From Alphaproteobacteria bacterium (GTDB lineage: Bacteria > Pseudomonadota > Alphaproteobacteria > VGDZ01), in assembly GCA_016869515.1 (NCBI GenBank), contig VGDZ01000010.1, positions 238 through 64,237 on the forward strand: a stretch of 64,000 nucleotides of DNA, read 5' to 3'. Below are positions 40,411 to 51,906 of the stretch, one piece after another. Positions within the stretch are counted from its first letter, which is position 1. Each line of letters starts with the position of its first letter. The notes beneath the pieces are model-generated. The model was not told where the DNA came from and made no database searches. It worked only from the letters and a program-made list of their open reading frames with translations. A program made the position numbers and the translations under genes.

Positions 40411-41253
40411 TCACGGCCATTTCGCCACCGGCGGCATCGACATCAGGATGGCCTCGGTGTTGCCGCCGGTCTTGAGGCCGAACAGCGTGCCGCGGTCGTA
40501 GAGCAGGTTGAATTCGACATAGCGGCCGCGGCGGACCAGCTGGTGCTCGCGCTGTTCGGCGGTCCAGGGCTGGTGCATGCGGGCGCGCACCAGCTTGGGA
40601 TAGATCTCGAGGAAGGCGCTGCCGATGTCCTGGGTGAAGGCGAAATCCTTGGCCCAGTCGCCGGTGTTGAGGTTGTCGTAGAAGATGCCGCCGGCGCCGC
40701 GCGCCTCGCCGCGATGCGGCAGGAAGAAATACTCGTCGCACCAGTGCTTGAAGCGCGGATAGTAGTCGGGGTTGTGGCGATCGCAGGCGCGGCGGAAGGC
40801 GCCGTGGAATTGGGCGGCGTCGTCGGGATTGGCGTACATCGGCGTCAGATCGCCGCCGCCGCCGAACCACCACTTGGCGGTGACGATCATGCGGGTGTTC
40901 ATGTGCGCCGCCGGAACCAGCGGCGAGCACATATGCGCCACCAGCGAGATGCCCGAGGCCCAGAAGCGCGGATCCTGGTCGGCGCCCGGAATCTGCTTGC
41001 GGAATTCGGGCGAGAACTCGCCATGCACGGTCGAGACGCTGATGCCGACCTTCTCGAACACCCGGCCGCGCATCAGCCCCATCACGCCGCCACCGCCGCC
41101 GGGGCGGTCCCAGGGTTCGCGCTTGAAACGCCCGGCCGGGCGGTCGGCGCCGATGCTGGCCTCGTCCTCGATCGCCTCGAAGGCGGCGCAAATCCGGTCG
41201 CGCAAGGTCTCGAACCAGGCCTTGGCCGCCGCCTTCTCGCTTTCCATGCTCAC
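40411..41253 (-). CDS. hemF: Oxygen-dependent coproporphyrinogen III oxidase
   Basis: [37 protein letters not shown]; alternative start at 41247. Confidence 0.97.
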   Translation of the reverse strand: MSMESEKAAAKAWFETLRDRICAAFEAIEDEASIGADRPAGRFKREPWDRPGGGGGVMGLMRGRVFEKVGISVSTVHGEFSPEFRKQIPGADQDPRFWASGISLVAHMCSPLVPAAHMNTRMIVTAKWWFGGGGDLTPMYANPDDAAQFHGAFRRACDRHNPDYYPRFKHWCDEYFFLPHRGEARGAGGIFYDNLNTGDWAKDFAFTQDIGSAFLEIYPKLVRARMHQPWTAEQREHQLVRRGRYVEFNLLYDRGTLFGLKTGGNTEAILMSMPPVAKWP

Positions 41254-41714
41254 CGCGACACTCCCGATTCGAACCCGCCGGTCTGGCGCAAGGCCTCGCC
41301 CAGCACCATGGCCGCGGCCAGCGCCACATTCAAGGCGCGCGCGCCTTCGACCAGAGGAATCCGCAAGCGCGCATCGGCCCGGCTGTGGACTTCGTCAGGG
41401 ACCCCGGCCGATTCCCGCCCCAGCAGCAGAATGTCGTCGGGCGCGAAGGCGAATTGCAGATAGGACTCGGCCGCCTTGGTGCTGAGCAGGACGAGACGGC
41501 CGGGCGGGCGCGTCTCGAGGAACGCTGCCCAAGGGCGATGGCGCGTGACCTGGGCCAGCTTGGCGTAGTCCATCGCCGCGCGCTTGAGCCGGGCATCGTC
41601 GAAGGGAAAGCCGCAGGGTTCGATCACGTCCAGCGCCACGCCCAGGCACGCCCCCAGCCGGATCAGCGTGCCGAGATTAGGCGGAATGTCGGGTTGATAA
41701 AGAGCAAGTCGCAT
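41250..41714 (-). CDS. trmL: tRNA (cytidine(34)-2'-O)-methyltransferase
   Basis: [34 protein letters not shown]. Confidence 0.92.
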   Translation of the reverse strand: MRLALYQPDIPPNLGTLIRLGACLGVALDVIEPCGFPFDDARLKRAAMDYAKLAQVTRHRPWAAFLETRPPGRLVLLSTKAAESYLQFAFAPDDILLLGRESAGVPDEVHSRADARLRIPLVEGARALNVALAAAMVLGEALRQTGGFESGVSR

Positions 41715-41754
41715 CCTGCCGTCCAGACTGGCCCGGGCTTGACAGGGGCCGGGT

Positions 41755-41794
41755 GCGGCGGGTTGTCGCATTTGGCGGCGCTCTGGACTATACT
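41755..41794 (+). promoter_or_regulatory. petABC promoter with RegA/PrrA/RegR-type box
   Basis: GCGGC-GGGTT-GTCGC (41755-41769) matches GCGGC-N5-GTCGC; TATACT -10 at 41789-41794. Confidence 0.6.
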
Positions 41795-41859
41795 CTTGAA
41801 TCATGCGAGGCAACGCCGTCCAAAAACCTTGTTTTCCGTGTTTCCAAGGGTGACTTTCC

Positions 41860-42402
41860 ATGGCTGAAGCCAAGTCTGCGGGGGCCGCACCGGGCGGCCA
41901 CGACACCGCGACCCGTCGCGATTTCATCACCATCGCCGGATACGGCGCCACCGCGGTCGGCGCCGCCGCCACGGTCTGGCCGCTGATCCATTCGATGAAC
42001 CCCTCGGCCGACGTGCGCGCGCTGTCGGCGACCGAGGTCGACATCTCGGGCATCGCCGAGGGCCAGTCGATCACCGTGATGTGGCGCGGCAAGCCGGTGT
42101 TCATCCGCCACCGCACCAAGAAGGAAATCGAGACGGCGCGGGCCGACGACAAGGCGGCCCTGCCGCATCCCGAGGACGACGCCAAGCGCGCCTCCAAGCC
42201 CGAAATCCTGGTGATGATGGGGGTCTGCACCCATCTCGGCTGCGTGCCGCTGGGCCAGAAGGGCGAATTCGGCGGCTGGTTCTGCCCCTGCCACGGTTCG
42301 CACTACGACACCTCGGGCCGCATCCGCAAGGGACCCGCGCCCAAGAACCTCGAAGTGCCCAAGCACGCCTACGTCACCGACACCCTGATCCGCATCGGCT
42401 GA
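41860..42402 (+). CDS. petA: Rieske Fe-S subunit of cytochrome bc1
   Basis: Tat TRRDF; CTHLGC and CPCHGS. Confidence 0.98.
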   Translation: MAEAKSAGAAPGGHDTATRRDFITIAGYGATAVGAAATVWPLIHSMNPSADVRALSATEVDISGIAEGQSITVMWRGKPVFIRHRTKKEIETARADDKAALPHPEDDAKRASKPEILVMMGVCTHLGCVPLGQKGEFGGWFCPCHGSHYDTSGRIRKGPAPKNLEVPKHAYVTDTLIRIG

Positions 42403-42415
42403 GGATAAAGAGACC

Positions 42416-43642
42416 ATGGCCGCGACCGAGAGCAAGCCGATGTTCGACAACAAGATCGTGCGCTGGATCGACCACCGCCTGCCGATCTTCACCATGATGC
42501 AGCATCAGGCGATCGAGTACCCGACGCCCAAGAACCTCAGCTATTGGTGGAATTTCGGGTCTCTGGCCGGGATCTGCCTGGTGATCCAGATCGTCACCGG
42601 CGTGGTGCTGGCGATGCACTACACGCCGCATGTGACCATGGCGTTCGATTCGACCGAGCACATCATGCGCAACGTCAACTACGGCTGGCTGCTGCGCTAC
42701 ATCCACGCCAATGGCGGGTCGATGTTCTTCCTGGTGGTCTACATCCACGTCTTTCGCGGCATCTATTACGGCTCCTACAAGAGCCCGCGCGAGATCCTGT
42801 GGTGGCTGGGCATCATCATCCTCTTGCTGATGATGGCGACCGCGTTCATGGGCTATGTCCTGCCCTGGGGGCAGATGAGCTTCTGGGCCGCGACCGTGAT
42901 CACCAGCATGTTCTCGGCGGTTCCGCTGATCGGCGATTCGATCGTGGCTTGGCTGTGGGGCGGCTTCGCGGTCGACAATCCGACCCTCAACCGCTTCTAC
43001 AGCCTGCACTACCTGCTGCCGTTCGTGATCGTGGGCGTGGTTTTCCTGCATCTCTGGGCGCTGCACCAGCACGGCTCGAGCAATCCCCTCGGCATCGACC
43101 GCAAGGGGCCGCAGGACTCGATCCCGTTCCATCCCTACTACACCGTCAAGGACATGTTCGGCCTGGCGGTGTTCATGATCCTGTTCGCCTATTTCGTGTT
43201 CTTCAGTCCGAACATGCTGAGCCATCCCGACAACTACATCCCGGCCGATCCGCTGGTGACTCCGGCGCATATCGTGCCGGAATGGTACTTCCTGCCGTTC
43301 TACGCCATCCTGCGCGCGGTGCCGGACAAGTTGGGCGGGGTGGTGTTGATGTTCGCCTCGATCCTGATCCTGTTCGTGCTGCCTTGGTTGGACGGTTCGC
43401 GGGTGCGCTCGGGCCGCTTCCGGCCGATCTACAAGCAGTTCTTCTGGTTGCTGGTGATCGACTGCCTGGTGCTGGGCTGGGTCGGCGGCAATCCGCCGGA
43501 AGGCAAGTTCATCCTGATCGGGCAGATCGCCACGTTCTACTACTTCGCCCACTTCCTGATCATCCTGCCGCTGGTCGGCAAGCTCGAGCGGCCGTTGCCG
43601 CTGCCCGAGAGCATCAGCCAGCCGGTCCTCAAGAAGGCCTAG
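42416..43642 (+). CDS. petB: Cytochrome b
   Basis: [23 protein letters not shown]. Confidence 0.99.
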   Translation: MAATESKPMFDNKIVRWIDHRLPIFTMMQHQAIEYPTPKNLSYWWNFGSLAGICLVIQIVTGVVLAMHYTPHVTMAFDSTEHIMRNVNYGWLLRYIHANGGSMFFLVVYIHVFRGIYYGSYKSPREILWWLGIIILLLMMATAFMGYVLPWGQMSFWAATVITSMFSAVPLIGDSIVAWLWGGFAVDNPTLNRFYSLHYLLPFVIVGVVFLHLWALHQHGSSNPLGIDRKGPQDSIPFHPYYTVKDMFGLAVFMILFAYFVFFSPNMLSHPDNYIPADPLVTPAHIVPEWYFLPFYAILRAVPDKLGGVVLMFASILILFVLPWLDGSRVRSGRFRPIYKQFFWLLVIDCLVLGWVGGNPPEGKFILIGQIATFYYFAHFLIILPLVGKLERPLPLPESISQPVLKKA

Positions 43643-43650
43643 GAACGCCC

Positions 43651-44412
43651 ATGCGCAAGATCCTGTCCCTGGCGGCGGCCGCCGCCCTGTTCGGTCTCGC
43701 CGGACCGGCGCTGGCCGCGGGCGACGCCCAAGCACCCAAGACGATGTATTGGCCGCATGGCGGCTTCTTCGGCACCTACGACAAGGCGGCGGTGCAGCGC
43801 GGCTATCAGGTCTACAAAGAGGTCTGCGCCGGCTGCCATTCCTTGAAGTACATCGCCTTTCGCAACCTGACCGAGATCGGCCTGTCCGAGGGCGAGGTCA
43901 AGGCGATCGCCGCCTCCTATCAGATCCAGGACGGCCCCAACGACCAGGGCGAGATGTTCGAGCGTCCGGGCCGCCCATCGGACCGGCTGCCGAGCCCGTT
44001 CCCCAACGAGAAGGCGGCACGGGCCGCCAACAACGGCGCGGCGCCGCCCGATCTGTCGCTGATCGTCAAGGCGCGCGGCGGGTACGAGAACTATCTCTAT
44101 TCGCTGCTGACCGGCTACGGCAATCCGCCGGCCGGCGTCGCGCTGGGCGACGGCATGAACTACAACCCCTACTTCCCGGGCCGGCAGATCGCCATGGCCT
44201 CGCCGCTCAACGCCGATGCCGTCAGCTTCGCCGACGGCACCAAGGCGACGGTGGAGCAAATGGCCAGCGACATCACCCAGTTCCTGGCCTGGGCGGCCGA
44301 GCCGACCCAGGACGCGCGCAAGCGCATGGGCGTCAAGGTGGTGCTGTTCCTGATCCTGCTCAGCTTCCTGCTCTACGCCGCCAAGAAGCGGGTGTGGAGC
44401 GACGTCCACTAA
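43651..44412 (+). CDS. petC: Cytochrome c1
   Basis: Signal peptide, CAGCH heme motif, PPDLS, C-terminal anchor. Confidence 0.98.
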   Translation: MRKILSLAAAAALFGLAGPALAAGDAQAPKTMYWPHGGFFGTYDKAAVQRGYQVYKEVCAGCHSLKYIAFRNLTEIGLSEGEVKAIAASYQIQDGPNDQGEMFERPGRPSDRLPSPFPNEKAARAANNGAAPPDLSLIVKARGGYENYLYSLLTGYGNPPAGVALGDGMNYNPYFPGRQIAMASPLNADAVSFADGTKATVEQMASDITQFLAWAAEPTQDARKRMGVKVVLFLILLSFLLYAAKKRVWSDVH

Positions 44413-44436
44413 ACCGGCCCAAATAGGTCGGACGAG

Positions 44437-44476
44437 CCGAGCCCGTCGCGATAATCTCGCGGCGGGCTTTGGTTTT
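44437..44476 (+). terminator. Intrinsic terminator after petC
   Basis: AGCCCGTCGCGA-taatc-TCGCGGCGGGCT followed by TTGGTTTT. Confidence 0.7.
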
Positions 44477-44489
44477 CGGGAGGTCCTTC

Positions 44490-44984
44490 ATGGCCAAGCG
44501 CATCGACATTTCCAAGATCGCGCCGTTCGTCGGCACGATGTATCCGCCGCCCTACGACCAGCCGTGTCGGACACGCGAACGCAGCAAGCTGGGCGATGCC
44601 GCCGGCCTGACCCAGTTCGGGGTCAATCTGTTGCGCTTGCCGCCCGGCGCCTGGTCGAGCCAGCGCCATTGGCACACCGCCGAGGACGAGTTCGTCTACA
44701 TCCTCTCGGGCGAGGCGGTGCTGGTGACCGATGCCGGCGACGAGATTCTTCGCGCCGGCGACTGCGCCGGCTTCAAGGCCGGGGACAAGGACGGGCATTG
44801 CCTGCAGAACCGCTCGGAGCGCGAGGTCTTGGCGCTCGAGATCGGCAGCCGAGTCAAAGGCACCGCCGCGTTCTATCCCGGCATCGATCTGGTGGCGCCG
44901 GCCGGCGGCCAGCCGGCGATGTACACCCATGTCGACGGCACGCCCTATCAGGACATCCGTCGCCGCGGGCCTGGGGATAAATAG
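44490..44984 (+). CDS. Cupin domain protein
   Basis: GLTQFGVNL..LPPG.WSSQRHWH..EDEFVY.L.G...H.L.N; GGAGG RBS. Confidence 0.88.
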   Translation: MAKRIDISKIAPFVGTMYPPPYDQPCRTRERSKLGDAAGLTQFGVNLLRLPPGAWSSQRHWHTAEDEFVYILSGEAVLVTDAGDEILRAGDCAGFKAGDKDGHCLQNRSEREVLALEIGSRVKGTAAFYPGIDLVAPAGGQPAMYTHVDGTPYQDIRRRGPGDK

Positions 44985-45008
44985 CCGGCGGCGCGCGCCA
45001 CGACGCGA

Positions 45009-45036
45009 TTGAACCCGGCTCGCTTTGGGCTATAAC
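45009..45036 (+). promoter_or_regulatory. Putative sigma70 promoter for mtnP-apt-aldolase/SDR
   Basis: TTGAAC-N16-TATAAC (GCTATAAC). Confidence 0.5.
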
Positions 45037-45074
45037 CGCCGGGTTCCATCCCGTCGCGCGGAGAGTCTTCCTCC

Positions 45075-45962
<888 letters not shown>

Positions 45963-45973
45963 GAACCCTCGCC

Positions 45974-46507
45974 ATGACCGATCCGATCGCATCCCGCATC
46001 CGCACCATCCCCGACTACCCCAAGAAGGGCATCCTGTTCCGCGACGTCACCACGTTGATGTTGGACCCGCAGGGCTTTCGCAAGACCGTCGACGAGATGG
46101 TGCAGCCCTTCGCCGGCACCAAGATCGATCTGATCGCGGGCATCGAGGCGCGCGGCTTCATCCTCGGTGGCGCCATCGCCCATCAGCTGTCCTGCGGCTT
46201 CGTGCCGGTGCGCAAGCGCGGCAAGCTGCCGGGCTCGACCATCGCCCAGGACTACAGCCTGGAATACGGCACCGACACCATCGAGATCCACGCCGACGCC
46301 ATCAAGCCCGGCCAGAGCGTGCTGGTGGTCGACGACCTGGTCGCCACCGGCGGCACCGCCGAGGCGGCGATCAAGCTGATCCGCCGAGCCGGTGGCGCCA
46401 TCATCGGCTGCAGCTTCATCGTCGACCTGCCCGATCTGGGCGGAATGGAGAAGCTGCGGGCTCATGGCGTGTCCTGCCGGGCGCTGACCGCTTTCGCCGG
46501 ACACTGA
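45974..46507 (+). CDS. apt: Adenine phosphoribosyltransferase
   Basis: [32 protein letters not shown]. Confidence 0.97.
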   Translation: MTDPIASRIRTIPDYPKKGILFRDVTTLMLDPQGFRKTVDEMVQPFAGTKIDLIAGIEARGFILGGAIAHQLSCGFVPVRKRGKLPGSTIAQDYSLEYGTDTIEIHADAIKPGQSVLVVDDLVATGGTAEAAIKLIRRAGGAIIGCSFIVDLPDLGGMEKLRAHGVSCRALTAFAGH

Positions 46508-46508
46508 G

Positions 46509-48572
46509 ATGCAAAGCCGCTGGACGGACGCCGAGGCCGAGGCCGCGGTCGCGCGTCACGCCGAAAAGGGCATCGGCCGCGACCTGGCGCTGCGGGTCTA
46601 CACCACGCGGCTGCTGGGCGGCGATCCGCGCCTGGTGCTGCATGGCGGCGGCAACACCTCGGTCAAGACCGAAGCCCGCGACACCATCGGCGAGAGCGTG
46701 CCGGTGCTGTGCGTCAAGGGCAGCGGCTGGGACATGGGCACGATCGAGGCACCGGGCCTGCCGGCGCTGCGGCTGGAGCCGCTGCGCAAGGCGCTGAAGC
46801 TCGACAAAATGAGCGACGAGGACATGGTCGCCTGGCAGCGCAACTGCCTGCTCGATCCGGCCGCGCCCAATCCCAGCGTCGAGACGCTGCTTCACGCGGG
46901 CCTGCCGCACAAGTTCGTCGATCACACCCACGCCAACGCCGTGCTAGCGATCAGCGACCAACCCGAAGGCGAGGCGATCTGCCGCTCGCTCTACGGCGAT
47001 CGGCTGGCGATCCTGCCCTATGTCATGCCGGGCTTCGATCTCGCCCGGCAGATCGCGCGCGAATTCCCCAAGACGCCCAAGGCCGAAGGCATCGTCCTCT
47101 TGCGCCACGGCATCTTCACCATGGGCGAGACCGCGCGCGAGGCCTATGAGCGCATGATCGAATTCGTCACCATGGCCGAGCGTCGCCTGGAACAGGGCAA
47201 GCGCCGGTTGGTGGCGGCGGGCGGCCTGCCGGCGCGCCTGGCGGGCGCGGCCGAGATCGGGCCGATCCTGCGCGGGGCGGTGGCGGAATCGATCGACGAC
47301 AACGAGGGGACGTATCGCCGCCAAGTGATGGAATTCCGCACTTCGCCGCAGATCCTGGACTATGTCGGTTCGGGCGAGCTGGTGCGGCTGTCGCGTGCCG
47401 GCGTCGCCACGCCCGACCACGTCATCCGCACCAAGGGCGCGCCGCTGGTCGTGCCGGCGCCGGATGCGGACCAGCTGGAGGCCTTCGCCCAAGGCGTGAA
47501 GCAGGCGGTCGCGGCCTATGCCGAGGACTATCGCGGCTATTTCGCCCGCCACAATCCGCGTCATGGCGGCGCCAAAAAAATACTCGATCCGCGGCCGCGG
47601 GTGATCCTGGTGCCGGGCGTCGGTCTTTACGGCCTCGGCGCCGGCGCCAAGGACGCGGCTATCGCCGCCGACTTGGCCGAGACCACGATCGAGGTCGCGA
47701 TTGCGGCCGAAAGCATCGGCCGCTTCCAGCCGGTGGGCGAGGCCGATCTGTTCGACGTCGAGTACTGGTCGCTGGAACAGGCCAAGCTGGGCAAGGGCGG
47801 CGAGAAGGCGCTGGCGCGGCAGGTGGCGGTGGTGACCGGCGCCGGCAGCGGCATCGGCGCCGCCACCGCCAAGGCGCTGGCGGCCGAGGGCGCCGAAGTG
47901 GTGCTGCTCGACCGCGATGCGGACGCGGCCAAGACCGCCGCCAAGGCCTGCGGCGGTACGGCTTTGGCCCTCGGTTGCGACGTCACCGACCGCGCCCAGG
48001 TCGAGCGCGCCTTCGCCCAAGCCTGCGCGCGCTTCGGCGGGGTCGACCTGGTCGTATCCAATGCCGGCGCCGCCTGGCAAGGCCGCATCGGCGAGGTCGG
48101 CGACAAGGCCTTGCGCGACAGCTTCGAACTGAACTTCTTCAGCCACCAATCCGTCGCCCAGGCCGCGGTCCGGGTGTTCAAGGCCCAGGCTACCGGCGGC
48201 AATCTGCTGTTCAACATCTCGAAACAAGCCGTCAATCCCGGAGCCGATTTCGGGCCCTATGGCCTGCCCAAGGCGGCGCTCCTGTTCCTGATGCGGCAAT
48301 ACGCCCTGGACTACGGGTCGCTCGGCATCCGCGCCAATGGCGTCAATGCCGATCGCATCCGCACCAACATCTTCGCCGGCGGCTTGCTCGAACAGCGCGC
48401 CAAGGCGCGGGGCATGACGGTCGAGCAATACATGCGCGACGGCAATCTGCTGCGGCGCGAGGTCACGGCGGCCGACGTGGCGCGGGCCTTCGTGCAGCTG
48501 GCGCTGTCGCCCAAGACCACCGGCGCCATCCTGACGGTGGACGGCGGCAATATCGCCGCCGCCTTGCGGTGA
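46509..48572 (+). CDS. Bifunctional class II aldolase / short-chain dehydrogenase
   Basis: HGGGNTSVK, KGSG.D, PSVET.LH, HTH, HG (class II aldolase); EYWSLEQAKL linker; TGAGSGIG, SNAG, YGLPK (SDR). Confidence 0.9.
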   Translation: MQSRWTDAEAEAAVARHAEKGIGRDLALRVYTTRLLGGDPRLVLHGGGNTSVKTEARDTIGESVPVLCVKGSGWDMGTIEAPGLPALRLEPLRKALKLDKMSDEDMVAWQRNCLLDPAAPNPSVETLLHAGLPHKFVDHTHANAVLAISDQPEGEAICRSLYGDRLAILPYVMPGFDLARQIAREFPKTPKAEGIVLLRHGIFTMGETAREAYERMIEFVTMAERRLEQGKRRLVAAGGLPARLAGAAEIGPILRGAVAESIDDNEGTYRRQVMEFRTSPQILDYVGSGELVRLSRAGVATPDHVIRTKGAPLVVPAPDADQLEAFAQGVKQAVAAYAEDYRGYFARHNPRHGGAKKILDPRPRVILVPGVGLYGLGAGAKDAAIAADLAETTIEVAIAAESIGRFQPVGEADLFDVEYWSLEQAKLGKGGEKALARQVAVVTGAGSGIGAATAKALAAEGAEVVLLDRDADAAKTAAKACGGTALALGCDVTDRAQVERAFAQACARFGGVDLVVSNAGAAWQGRIGEVGDKALRDSFELNFFSHQSVAQAAVRVFKAQATGGNLLFNISKQAVNPGADFGPYGLPKAALLFLMRQYALDYGSLGIRANGVNADRIRTNIFAGGLLEQRAKARGMTVEQYMRDGNLLRREVTAADVARAFVQLALSPKTTGAILTVDGGNIAAALR

Positions 48573-48636
48573 ATGGGCGGATGTAAGGAGATTTCCCGAT
48601 TCGTCTAGCGCGGGCAAATATGCTTGATTGGACTCC

Positions 48637-49569
48637 ATGAGCGGCAATCCGCAGCAAGGCCAATCAGGCTCGTCCACCGGCCAGCTTCAGTCGGGCGGGG
48701 CGTCGAGCGCGCCGCAAATCCCGCAGGCCGAGCACATTCTCTATACCGTCGGCGCCGGTCATTGCCGCGTCCTGGGCAATTTCGCCGTCCAGGCCTTCGT
48801 TCAGGTCCTGGCCGAAAAGATCCGCGAGCGCGGCGGGGCGATCAATTTCGAGGATCTCAAGGATTCGCTGGCCAAATTCGCCGCCGCTGCCGGGCCGCTC
48901 GAGGTCTACTACAAGAAATCCTTCGAGGATTGCTTCGTCTCGCATGAGCGCGCGCGCGAACTGATCAAGCGCCAGAACGCGTTCTCGCGCATGCTGGTGC
49001 ACAATTTCTCGGAGATGTTCCCGCGCACGGTCGAACAGCGCGCCGATCCCAATGCCATCACCCGCGACATCCTGCCGGCCTTCTTCACCGCGATGAAGCT
49101 GATCCTGGGCGACGACAAGGTGCGGCTGTTCGAGCGCGAGACCGCCGAGATCCTTGACGCCGTCAAGGCGCGGCTGATGCCGACCGGCACCTTGGCCAAT
49201 CTGTGGAAGGAATACTACAAGGACCCCAAGCTCTATCTGCTCAATGTCCGCGTGCTTTACATGGTGGCGGCCTATTTCAAGCGCTGGGACGTGCGCAAGC
49301 AGTGGTTCATCAGCGTGATGAACAACGAGCACCTGACCCAGTCGCTGGCCTCGAACGCCTATGTCGTGGTCGAGGGCCGCTCGGTCGGCACCGTGCGCTT
49401 CACCGAAAACAAGTTCTATCTGCTGCTGCGCCAGTTCTTCCTCAAGCTCAATCCCGACCGGTTGAGCGAGGACGCCAAGAAGATGCTGCGCGCCGAGTTC
49501 GGCACCGAGATCGCCCAGGTGATCTCGAGCCTCTACTTCAACCTGACCGGCGCCAAGAAGGCGCGTTAA
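48637..49569 (+). CDS. Hypothetical protein (soluble, helical)
   Basis: 310-aa ORF with strong C/G third-position bias and protein-like composition; no motif recognised. Confidence 0.8.
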   Translation: MSGNPQQGQSGSSTGQLQSGGASSAPQIPQAEHILYTVGAGHCRVLGNFAVQAFVQVLAEKIRERGGAINFEDLKDSLAKFAAAAGPLEVYYKKSFEDCFVSHERARELIKRQNAFSRMLVHNFSEMFPRTVEQRADPNAITRDILPAFFTAMKLILGDDKVRLFERETAEILDAVKARLMPTGTLANLWKEYYKDPKLYLLNVRVLYMVAAYFKRWDVRKQWFISVMNNEHLTQSLASNAYVVVEGRSVGTVRFTENKFYLLLRQFFLKLNPDRLSEDAKKMLRAEFGTEIAQVISSLYFNLTGAKKAR

Positions 49570-50318
49570 TTCTTCCGGCGCTTGCGGTCGAACCAAGCCT
49601 GCATCATGCGGGCGGGTTCGTCCTCGCGATAGGCCTCGGCCAGGGCGCCGATCCCGGCGCGCACCGCCAAGGGCGTCGGCAGCCTCTCCCAGCGCCTGAG
49701 CAGCGCCTTTTGCAGGCGCAAGGCGCGCTTGCCGCCGGCGCTCAGCGCCTCGCTCACCGGCGCCAGCGCCTCGTCCAGCGTGCCGGCGACACGATTGACC
49801 AGGCCCCATGTCAATGCGGTCTGGGCGTCGATGGTGGTGCCGAGATAGACCAGCTCGGCGGCGCGGCCCCAGCCGATCAGCCGCGGCAGCAGCGCGGCCT
49901 CGATCACCGAGGGAATGCCGACCCGCACCTCGGGCATCGAGAATAAGGACCGCGTCGTGGCGACGCGCAGATCGCAGGCCGCCGCCACTTCCAGGCCGGC
50001 ACCCAGGCAATGGCCGTCGATCGCCGCCACCACCGGCAAGCGGCTCTCGCGGATGGCAAGGCACAGCCGGTGCAGGCGGGTGATGAAGGCCCGCGCCGTC
50101 GCCGGCCTGAGGCCGCGCAGCGTGTTGAGATCGGCGCCGCCGATGAAGGCGCGGCCGCCCTTGCCTTCCAGCACGACGAAGTGCAGATCGCGCCGGTCCT
50201 TGAGCGCGGCCAAGGCGCGAGTCAAATCGAGAATGGTGGGTGCATCGAGCAGGTTGAGCGGCGGGCGGTCGATCGTCACTCGGGCGATGCCGGCGGCGAC
50301 AACGGTGGCGATGGTCAT
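49566..50318 (-). CDS. Enoyl-CoA hydratase/isomerase family protein
   Basis: AFIGGADL, G.CLGAGLE.AAACD.R, MPEV.VG. Confidence 0.9.
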   Translation of the reverse strand: MTIATVVAAGIARVTIDRPPLNLLDAPTILDLTRALAALKDRRDLHFVVLEGKGGRAFIGGADLNTLRGLRPATARAFITRLHRLCLAIRESRLPVVAAIDGHCLGAGLEVAAACDLRVATTRSLFSMPEVRVGIPSVIEAALLPRLIGWGRAAELVYLGTTIDAQTALTWGLVNRVAGTLDEALAPVSEALSAGGKRALRLQKALLRRWERLPTPLAVRAGIGALAEAYREDEPARMMQAWFDRKRRKN

Positions 50319-51412
50319 GGAAAGGCGCTCCTCGGATCGGGCGTGACGTCGAGCGGATAAAGCCGAGTGACGTGGCCGAGCTTGCGGCCGGCGCGGATCT
50401 CGGCCTTGCCGTAAAGATGCAGCTTGAGCGCGGGATCGGCGGCCAGCCGCGACCAGGCGCGCACCTCGTCGCCGATCAGGTTCTTCATCACCGCATTGGC
50501 GCGGCGCGCGGGATCGGCCAAGGGCAGGCCGACCACGGCGCGCACCAATTGCTCGAACTGGCTGGCGGTGCAGCCCTCGATGGTCCAGTGGCCCGAATTA
50601 TGCGGCCGCGGCGCCATCTCGTTGAACAGCAAGCGACCCTGGCGGTCGACGAACATCTCGACCGCCAACAGCCCGACCAGGCCCAGCCGCTGGGCGGCCG
50701 CCCCAGCCAGGCGCTGGGCTTCGGCCGCCCGCGCGGGCGCGATCGGCGCGGGCGCGATGGTCAGGTCGAGGATGCCCTGGCGGTGGCGGTTCTCGACCAC
50801 GTCGAAGGCGCGCAAGGCGCCGTCGGCGGCGCGGGCGATGATGGCCGAGACCTCGCGCTCGAAATCGACCAGGCCTTCGAGCAGGCAAGGCACTCGGCCA
50901 AGCCGCGTCCAGGCGGCGCGGCCTTCTTCGGCCGAGGCGATGCGCGCCTGGCCCTTGCCGTCATAGCCGAGGCGTCGGGTCTTGAGGATGGCGGGATAGG
51001 CCGCGCCGTCGAAATCGCTTTCGGCGGCGATGGCGCGATAGGGCGGCGTCGCGAAACCGACCTCGCGCGCGAAGTCCTTTTCCGGCAGCCGGTCTTGGGC
51101 GATGGCGAAAGCGCGCGGGCCGGGCCGCACCGGCTTCCATAGCGCCAGCGCTTCGAGCGCCGCCACCGGCACGTTCTCGAATTCGCAGGTGACGACGTCG
51201 ACCTTGGCCGCGAAACGCTCCAGCGCCGCCATGTCATCGTAGTCGGCGGTGTCGTGGGCGGCGACTTGCTTGGCCGGCGCCAGCGGATCGCGATCCAGCA
51301 CCCGGCAGCGATAGCCCAGCGCCGCCGCAGCCAGCGCGGTCATGCGGCCCAATTGGCCGCCGCCGACGATGCCGATGCAGCCGCCGGGGGCGACCAGCGG
51401 CTCAGCGTCCAT
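50315..51412 (-). CDS. purK: N5-carboxyaminoimidazole ribonucleotide synthase
   Basis: [43 protein letters not shown]. Confidence 0.97.
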   Translation of the reverse strand: MDAEPLVAPGGCIGIVGGGQLGRMTALAAAALGYRCRVLDRDPLAPAKQVAAHDTADYDDMAALERFAAKVDVVTCEFENVPVAALEALALWKPVRPGPRAFAIAQDRLPEKDFAREVGFATPPYRAIAAESDFDGAAYPAILKTRRLGYDGKGQARIASAEEGRAAWTRLGRVPCLLEGLVDFEREVSAIIARAADGALRAFDVVENRHRQGILDLTIAPAPIAPARAAEAQRLAGAAAQRLGLVGLLAVEMFVDRQGRLLFNEMAPRPHNSGHWTIEGCTASQFEQLVRAVVGLPLADPARRANAVMKNLIGDEVRAWSRLAADPALKLHLYGKAEIRAGRKLGHVTRLYPLDVTPDPRSAFP

Positions 51413-51899
51413 TGGGCCGCTTGGGCACGTCCGCGGTCTGCCGCCGCCGCCAGGCATCGAGCCGGCGGGCGAGTCGCTTGTCCTCAATCGCCAATATCGC
51501 CGCCGCCAGCAGGCCGGCGTTGGTGGCTCCGGCCTGGCCGATGGCCAGCGTGCCGACCGGAATCCCGGCCGGCATCTGGGCGATCGACAGCAAGCTGTCG
51601 AGGCCTTTGAGGGCGCGGCTTTCGACCGGCACGCCCAGCACCGGCAGGCGGGTCATCGCCGCCGTCATGCCGGGCAGATGCGCGGCGCCGCCGGCGCCGG
51701 CGATGATCAGCTTGAGCCCGCGTCCGGCCGCGGCCTGGGCATAGTCGTAGAGCCGCTTGGGCGTGCGGTGGGCCGAGACCACGCGCACCTCGTGGCGGAC
51801 GCCGAGTTCGGTCAGGACTTTGACGGCATGGCGCATCGTCGCCCAGTCCGAACGGCTGCCCATGATGACGCCGACCAGCGGCGCGGTTTTGGCCGGCAT
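51402..51899 (-). CDS. purE: N5-CAIR mutase
   Basis: [28 protein letters not shown]. Confidence 0.98.
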   Translation of the reverse strand: MPAKTAPLVGVIMGSRSDWATMRHAVKVLTELGVRHEVRVVSAHRTPKRLYDYAQAAAGRGLKLIIAGAGGAAHLPGMTAAMTRLPVLGVPVESRALKGLDSLLSIAQMPAGIPVGTLAIGQAGATNAGLLAAAILAIEDKRLARRLDAWRRRQTADVPKRPNGR

Positions 51900-51906
51900 G
51901 GGGCGT

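Noticed and set aside
46509-48572. L-rhamnose catabolic locus
   Set aside because: No rhamnose isomerase, kinase, mutarotase, transporter or regulator nearby; context is MTA/adenine salvage, though rhamnose activity is not excluded
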